DNA of 64,000 nucleotides from Octopus sinensis (taxonomy: Eukaryota). The stretch lies in assembly GCF_006345805.1 (NCBI RefSeq), contig NC_043002.1:90582001-90646000 (forward strand), read 5' to 3'. Of this stretch, positions 60,849 through 64,000 are shown one piece after another. The notes under the pieces were generated by a model. It did not search any database. It was not told the DNA's origin and saw only the letters and a program-made list of their open reading frames with translations. Position 1 is the first letter of the stretch; each line of letters starts with the position of its first letter. A program made the position numbers and the translations under genes.

Positions 60849-63844
60849 TCATGGAGGCTTTCTAGCAACTGCTATTTGGTGCATGAGAGAGTTCTATGCA
60901 GCTGCCCTCATCTGCCCCTCCTGCCGTGAAGTTGGTTCATCTGGGACACCTGACAGGAAGAGATCCAGCTTCATTTTAAAGACATCTGTATCCACCCCAT
61001 GCAGGTCTCTCAGGTTCTTCGGGAGGATATTGAAGAGCTGTGGGCCTCGGAAGCCCAGGCTATCACAGAATCTTGTCCTACATCTTGATGGCAGGTTTGG
61101 AGTCCTAGGCACCACGCAGTGGCGCCCAGTTCTGGCATTTGCGTAACTCTCGATGCCAAAGTTCAGGACACTTCCCTCCAGGATCTTCCAGATGTATATT
61201 ATGGCATATCTTTCCCGCCTACACTCCAGGGAATATAATTTTAATCTCTTGAGTCTTTCCCAGTAGCTTACATTCTGCATAGAGGCTATCTTCTTTGTGT
61301 AGCTTCATTGGATCGCCTCAAGTTCTGTGATCAACTTGACACTGGATGGTGACCATAGCTGAGAGCAATAGTCAAAGTGGCTTAGGACAAGTGTCTTCCA
61401 GAGGACCATCATGGTTTCTTGTTCTCTTGTTCTAAAGGTTCTAAGAATCCATCCAGCCAGCCGTCTACATTTCATTGTCAGTTTAGCAACATGTACATGA
61501 AAGGTCGCGTCATCACTCATGTGAATACCCAGGTCACGCACTGATTGTGCCTCTGGGATTGCAATCCCTCCGGGTCCAGTGTATTCATTCGGTATTGCAT
61601 TCAGTTTTGCATGCTGATAGTATAAAGCTTGAAACTTTCCAGCACTGAACTGCATGCTATTCTTTTCAGCCCACTTGTATATTTCGTCCAGCTCACATTG
61701 CAGGTGTTTAGTGTCCTCAGGGTTCTGTATTGCCTGTGAAACTTTTGTATCATCTGCATAACTTGTGATCGTGGCTCTCTGCGTGGCTGAGGGCATGTCT
61801 GAGAGGGCCATTATGAACAGTAGTGGTCCCAGAACAGTGCCCTGCGGAACACCGCTCACTATTTGTGTGTTAATGGAGGTGGCCCCATTGGCTACTACCA
61901 CCTGACTTCTATCCTTCAGAAAGTCATGAAGCCATTCTCCCAGTTTTCCAACTATGTTGAGATCACGCAGTTTGTGACATATCATTCCATGATCGACTTT
62001 ATCAAAGGCCTTTGCAAAGTCGAGATATATCACTTCCACATTTGAGTGGTTGAGCAGCCGTTTCAGCACCCAGTCATAGTGTTGTAGGAGCTGAGTTAAA
62101 CAGCTTCTCCCTGGTCGGAAACCATGTTGGGTGTCGGGCAGCAAGTCATTCTCTTCAAGGAAGGTGATCGGCTTCCTTCTGACTATTCGTTCCATGACCT
62201 TGCTGATGTGTGAGGTCAGAGAGATAGGTCTATAGTTCTTGGCTTCCGCACTCTGCTACCTCCTTTATGAATGGGGCATATTTTACCTTCCTTCAGTTTT
62301 CCTGGAAGTTTGCCAGCTGCAAGGAAGCTCTGAAAGAGGAACTGCAGTGGTCTTGCTAGGACTCTCTTACATGCTTTTAGGAGGATTGCCGGAATCCATC
62401 GGGGCCAGTAGCTGAGTCTGTTTTCATTTCATCTATAGCCTTGGTTACATCGTCTTCCTTTATATCGATGTAATCTATCGTCGCCGCCTCTGATTTTATA
62501 TCTGCAGTGGTAAAAAAGTCAGTTGGATTGGTGATTTGGAGATGCCCAAGGGGTGGAGTGAAAACACTCTTGAATTGCTCATTCAGTATTTCACTTACCC
62601 TCATTGGTTTTCCTGTAAGTGTGCCATCCTTTTCGAGGAGTGGCCCTATTCTACAGTGCACTGTAGCTGTTTCTTTGGCATACCTGTAGAAAGCTCTGGG
62701 GTTAGATTTTATGTTTTCTATAGCCCAGGCTTCTTTGTCTGCTCTTTCTTTTTCATGGGAGTTGCAGACATTTTTCGATTTCCAACAGTTTTATTTTTAG
62801 GTGGGACTTTTCACTGCTTTCAATCTGTTTGTTTAGGCGATTTGAAAATTTCGTACGCCGTCTCATTAAAATTTTCCTCTCTCTGGGGATTTTGTTCTTG
62901 TGTACAGTGGCCTTTCTCTCTGGGACACATTTGTAGCATATGGCTTGCATTACAGACATGAATTGTTGAAGTTTCACGTCGATGTCTGGCGAGGAGAGAC
63001 ATTTAGGCCAGTTTTGTTTGAGGATCTCTTTCTCAATTTGTTTCCAGTTTGCCTTATGGTAGTTCAAGCTGGAAAGATTTTGAGGGTTTCTTGTAGGCTG
63101 CATGTCCGTGCTCTCTTTTGGCCCGTACATGGTCAGCTCTATCATGTTGTGATCCGAGAGTAGTGTCGGTGTCACTTTCACATTATGGATGAGATCCATG
63201 TCATTTGTGAAGCAGAGATCCAGTGTGTTACCTGCCCTGGTTGTTGGAGTATTACCTGCTCCATGTACAGGGTGTTGATGAGGTTCAGGAGGGACCTCGC
63301 CTGTCCTCGTTCACATCTTGTCATTCCTGGGAGAGAAAGGCCCTCAGGCCATCTGACATTGGGCAGATTGAAGTCTCCCATAAGAAGCACACCTATGTGT
63401 TGTTCTAATGTGGTTAGAATTTCTTCTATTTTTATAAGGCAGTCTTCAAACTTGCCCACATGGCTTGGGGCATCTGGAGGGCGATATGTAGCAACACACA
63501 ACTACATCAAGTTGCCTAATATGTACAATTAGTGTGTCACACACCGAGTTTGAGTATGACAAGAGGACCTGGGGTGTGAGGTCCTCACGGATGTACATAG
63601 CAACACCTCCATGACTCCTTTCTTTCCAGTCGGTCCGTAGTACAGCATACTGTGGTATGTGTAACTCCGCATCTGCTATGTCCGGTTTCAGGTGCGTTTC
63701 TGTAAGTGCTATGCATAAGGCTTGATTGCATGCAACAAAGTCTCTCAGGAACGGGATCTTTGTCCTGTTACTGAGTGTTTGCAGTCCTCTGATGTTCAGT
63801 AGGAGTATCGAGGTGAGGTGTACGTTGTTGCCGGCGGTGTCCAT
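60849..63844 (-). pseudogene. CR1-like ORF2 (APE endonuclease + reverse transcriptase), disrupted
   Basis: LLNIRGL; LTETHL; GGVAMYIRE; GDFNLP; SDHNMI; QHGFRPGRSCLTQLL; YLDFAKAFDKVDH; SGVPQGTVLGPLLF; YADD. Several frameshifts, in-frame TGA at 61305-61307 and TAG at 60894-60896. Confidence 0.92.
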
Positions 63845-63999
63845 CCTGTGTCTGTTTGCTGTGGTGGTCTGGTATATAGTGGGTAGTCCCACCTGCGGGC
63901 TTGGGTTTGATGAAGCCAGGTCAGCTGCTGTACAATCTTTTGTGCCATGCACAAAAAAGATTGTTGCTCAGCAGCTGCTCTTTCGACAACATCATGTTG
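63796..63999 (-). CDS. Probable C-terminus of LINE ORF1, overlapping the ORF2 start
   Basis: Open frame from the window edge, QHDVVERAAAEQQSFLCMAQKIVQQLTW...PRYSY*, stop at 63796-63798; ORF2 ATG at 63844-63842. Confidence 0.5.
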   Translation of the reverse strand, partial: QHDVVERAAAEQQSFLCMAQKIVQQLTWLHQTQARRWDYPLYTRPPQQTDTGWTPPATTYTSPRYSY

Positions 64000-64000
64000 G

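Larger units (their letters stand above)
60761..64000 (-). mobile_element. CR1-like non-LTR retrotransposon (5' end beyond window), (AATC)n tail
   Basis: APE and RT domains in order, short 3'UTR, tail (AATC)5 at 60761-60780. Confidence 0.93.

Overview
AT-rich, microsatellite-dense eukaryotic DNA; the repeat repertoire suggests an octopus/coleoid cephalopod (inference). It is mostly intergenic or intronic. Almost all of the supplied six-frame ORFs are artefacts of (TA)n/(CA)n/(TACA)n/(ATC)n tracts. The recognisable coding sequence is all mobile-element derived: a long, mutated CR1-like LINE running off the right end, RTE-clade remnants, a Penelope-like GIY-YIG C-terminus, an R4/Dong/NeSL-type RLE fragment, and Tc1 and mariner fragments. 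There are also many tRNA-derived SINEs (working names A, B, C, CORE-type), non-autonomous Helitrons and TTAA/TA/hAT-type MITEs. No intact host gene could be assembled; a few exon-like islands with nonsense codons are listed at low confidence. The strongest lead is a Penelope-derived element, present three times, whose terminal repeat joins a tRNA-like Pol III promoter to a minimal hammerhead ribozyme fold. Also notable: a LINE-SINE pair sharing a 3' stem-loop with two compensatory base-pair swaps, combinatorial head/body/tail shuffling among SINEs, and two long palindromes.
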